A stretch of DNA of 64,000 nucleotides from Parcubacteria group bacterium M6-OD1-1 (lineage in GTDB: Bacteria > Patescibacteriota > Minisyncoccia > GWC2-36-17 > M10-OD1-4), in contig LSNK01000004.1 of NCBI GenBank assembly GCA_003056085.1, forward strand, positions 28,326-92,325. Reading direction: 5' to 3'. Under the pieces are notes generated by a model. The model made no database searches and was not told the origin of the DNA. It worked only from the letters and a program-made list of their open reading frames with translations. Every line of letters begins with the position of its first letter. The stretch's first letter is position 1. Both the position numbers and the translations under genes were made by a program. Shown piece after piece: positions 61,534-64,000 of the stretch.

Positions 61534-64000
61534 TATGGATCTTGAAAATATAAATTTTTCATCTCTTTCTTCTTCTGATATCTTAAAAAAATTAGAAACC
61601 TCACAGAACGGATTATCGGACGAGGAGGTTAAAAAAAGAATAAAAGAATTCGGAGAAAACAAGCTCCCTGAAAAGAAAAAAGGCGGGGGGCTTTTATTGT
61701 TTCTTAAGCAATTTAACAGCTCCTTAATATACATTCTTTTTATTGCTGCTTTTATATCTTGGCAATTTGAGCATTTTATAGATGCTTATGTAATTTTGGT
61801 TATAGTATTTATAAATGCCATTATAGGATTTTTTCAGGGGTGGCGCGCCGAGAAGATTTTAGAAGCTTTAAAAAAGATGGTTAAGGTTTATACGAGGGTC
61901 ATCAGAGATGGAATAGAAAAAAAAGTATCAGCAGAAAAAATTACAATAGGGGATATTATTGTTTTGGAAGCCGGAGACAGAGTTCCTGCCGATATGAGGA
62001 TTTTGGAAGAAGAAAATTTACGCTCAGACGAATCTCCCTTAACAGGAGAATCTATGCCGGTGGAAAAAAGCAGCGGTATTTCAAAAGACGTTTCTCCTGG
62101 TGAATCTCCTAAAAATATGCTTTTGATGGGGACCACCATTGTTGCCGGATACGGAAGAGGCATTGTAACTGCCGTGGGAGTAAATACCCGTTTTGGAAAA
62201 ATTGCCGAACAAATAAAAAAAATAAAATACAAAAAAAGCCATTTTGAAAAAAAAGTAAATGAGCTCGTAATTCAAATGAGTGTAATTGCTTTTTTTGGGG
62301 CGTTTATAACTTTTTTGTTGGGATTTTATTTAAAAGGTCTCAACTTTTTTGATATTTTCTTATTTTCAGTCGCTTCTTTGGTGGCCGGTATTCCCGAGGG
62401 CTTACCCGCGGTGCTTACTATAGTTTTAGCTATAGGAGTATCAAGGATGGCGAAAAAAAATGCTATTGTAAAGCATTTGCCTTCTGTGGAAACTTTGGGA
62501 GTTGCAAATGTTATTTGTACGGATAAAACGGGGACATTAACGGAAAATATTTTAACTGTTAAAAAAATATTTGTTGGCTCAAAGCTCATTGATGTGTCCG
62601 GCATCGGCATTCAAACTAAGGGAGGATTTAGTTTGGATGAAGCGGACATTTTACCGAAATATTATCCCGACCTTGACCGAATATTAAAAAATGCATTATA
62701 CAGTTCAGACGCATCTGTTGTTGTAGAAAAAAATGAGGTAAAAACCGTGGGAGAGCCGGTTGAAGTTGCTATGGAAATAGCGGCTGTTAAAGGAGATATT
62801 CTAAAATCAGATATTTATAAAAATATAAGCATTTTAGACAAGATACCGTTTGATACTAAATATAAATTTAAAGCAAATTTAATTAATGTGGGGAGTGAGG
62901 GGCATCCTGATAAAAAGATATTTGTTTCGGGAGCGTTTGAAATATTGCTTCAAAAATCATCTTATATTTATGAAGATGGAGAAGTAAAAGAATTAACTGA
63001 AGCAAAGAGAAAAGAGATTTTAAATTATGCTTTGGATATGGCTGGGGATGCGCTTAAAGTTATCGGTTCTGCATTTAAGGATGCTTCTTTTGAGGCGACT
63101 GATATCACAAAAGATGATATTTCTGATTTGGTGTTTTTAGGATTTTTTGGGATGATGGATCCTCCAAAGGATAATATAAAAGATGCAATAGCAAAATGTA
63201 AAACCGCAGGAATAAAAGTTTTAATGCTTACGGGTGATCATAAAATAACAGCGGTTGCAGTAGCAAAAGAAATAGAGCTTATTTCCAAAGAAACTCATGA
63301 AGAGGGAAAAGTTATAACGGAGTCTGATTTAGAAGGTGTGTCTGACGATCAATTTAAAAAAATAGTAAATGAAGCCGTAATTTTTGCAAGAGTTACTCCG
63401 GAAACCAAACTTAAGATAGCGGAATTTCTTCAGGAAGATGGAAATATCGTAGCTATGACAGGAGATGGAATTAATGACGCGCCGGCCTTAAAACAGGCAA
63501 ATATAGGAGTTTCTATGGGTATTTCAGGAACGGATGTGGCAAAGGAGGCTTCTGAGATTATTCTTACCGATGATAATTTTGCTTCAATAGTCAATGCTAT
63601 TATTGAGGGAAGAATAGTTTTTAATAATGTCAAAAAAACAAGTTTTTATTTAATAACCACAAATGTTGCAGAAACCGCAACCATAATAACAGCCTTGGCT
63701 TCAGGATTTGCTTTGCCTCTTTTACCAATACAGCTTTTGTGGCTTAACTTGGTTACTGACGGAATAACCGTTATAGCGCTCGCAACTGAACCAAAAAAAG
63801 ACGGCATTTTAAATCAAAAACCGAGATCTAAAAAAGAAAAAATACTATCAAAAGATGTTTTGCCGCTTTTGTTTTTTACGGTTACTCTTATGGTTGCGGG
63901 AACTTTGGCTTTGTTTACCTATTTCTTACCTCAAGGAATAGATAAAGCAAGGACCGTAGCGTTTTCTTTTATGGCATTTTCACAACTTTTTAATGTTATA
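61534..64000 (+). CDS. P2-type cation-transporting ATPase (Ca2+/Mg2+-type), 3'-truncated by window end
   Basis: Manual translation: MDLENINFSS...GLSDEEVKKRIKEFGENKLPEKK. Also TDKTGTLTEN (~62527) and GDGINDAPALKQANIGVSMG (~63460). Absent from the ORF track because no stop codon falls in the window. Confidence 0.85.

Noticed and set aside
61525-62610. Minus-strand ORFs of 64 to 114 aa at 61525-62610
   Set aside because: All lie antisense within the plus-strand P-type ATPase CDS. That CDS is missing from the ORF track only because it runs off the window end.

Overview
AT-rich, gene-dense bacterial window with short intergenic regions, strong SD sequences and small lipoproteins and membrane proteins. 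It is consistent with a reduced-genome, possibly CPR-like Gram-positive-type bacterium; that assignment is inference from composition and gene content only. Content in order: a thiol-disulfide/cysteine-desulfurase cluster; a first complete F1Fo ATP synthase operon (atpI-B-E-F/H fusion-A-G-D-C); a DedA-PAP2-LssY fusion membrane protein; a LysM protein and a collagen-repeat lipoprotein; an apparent accessory islet of small ORFs with individual terminators plus an extra sigma-70 family factor; a csoR-copA copper module; an APC permease; cspA; a 1816-aa LamG/FN3/beta-helix surface protein; manC; uvrA; the dcw cluster start (mraZ-rsmH-ftsL-ftsI-murF) behind a consensus promoter and a ~260-nt leader; a tRNA-Glu(CUC) followed by two very long perfect hairpins; an SbcD/SbcC-like pair in which the SbcC-like ATPase has a transmembrane hairpin; rplJ-rplL; a second complete F1Fo ATP synthase operon (atpB-E-F-H-A-G-D-C) with a tandem-repeat array between atpE and atpF; and a partial P2-type cation ATPase at the window edge. 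The most unusual points are the two full ATP synthase operons, the repeat array inside operon 2, the membrane-anchored SbcCD-like pair beside the tRNA, and the promoter/leader upstream of mraZ. All calls rest on motif recognition by eye; no database searches were run.
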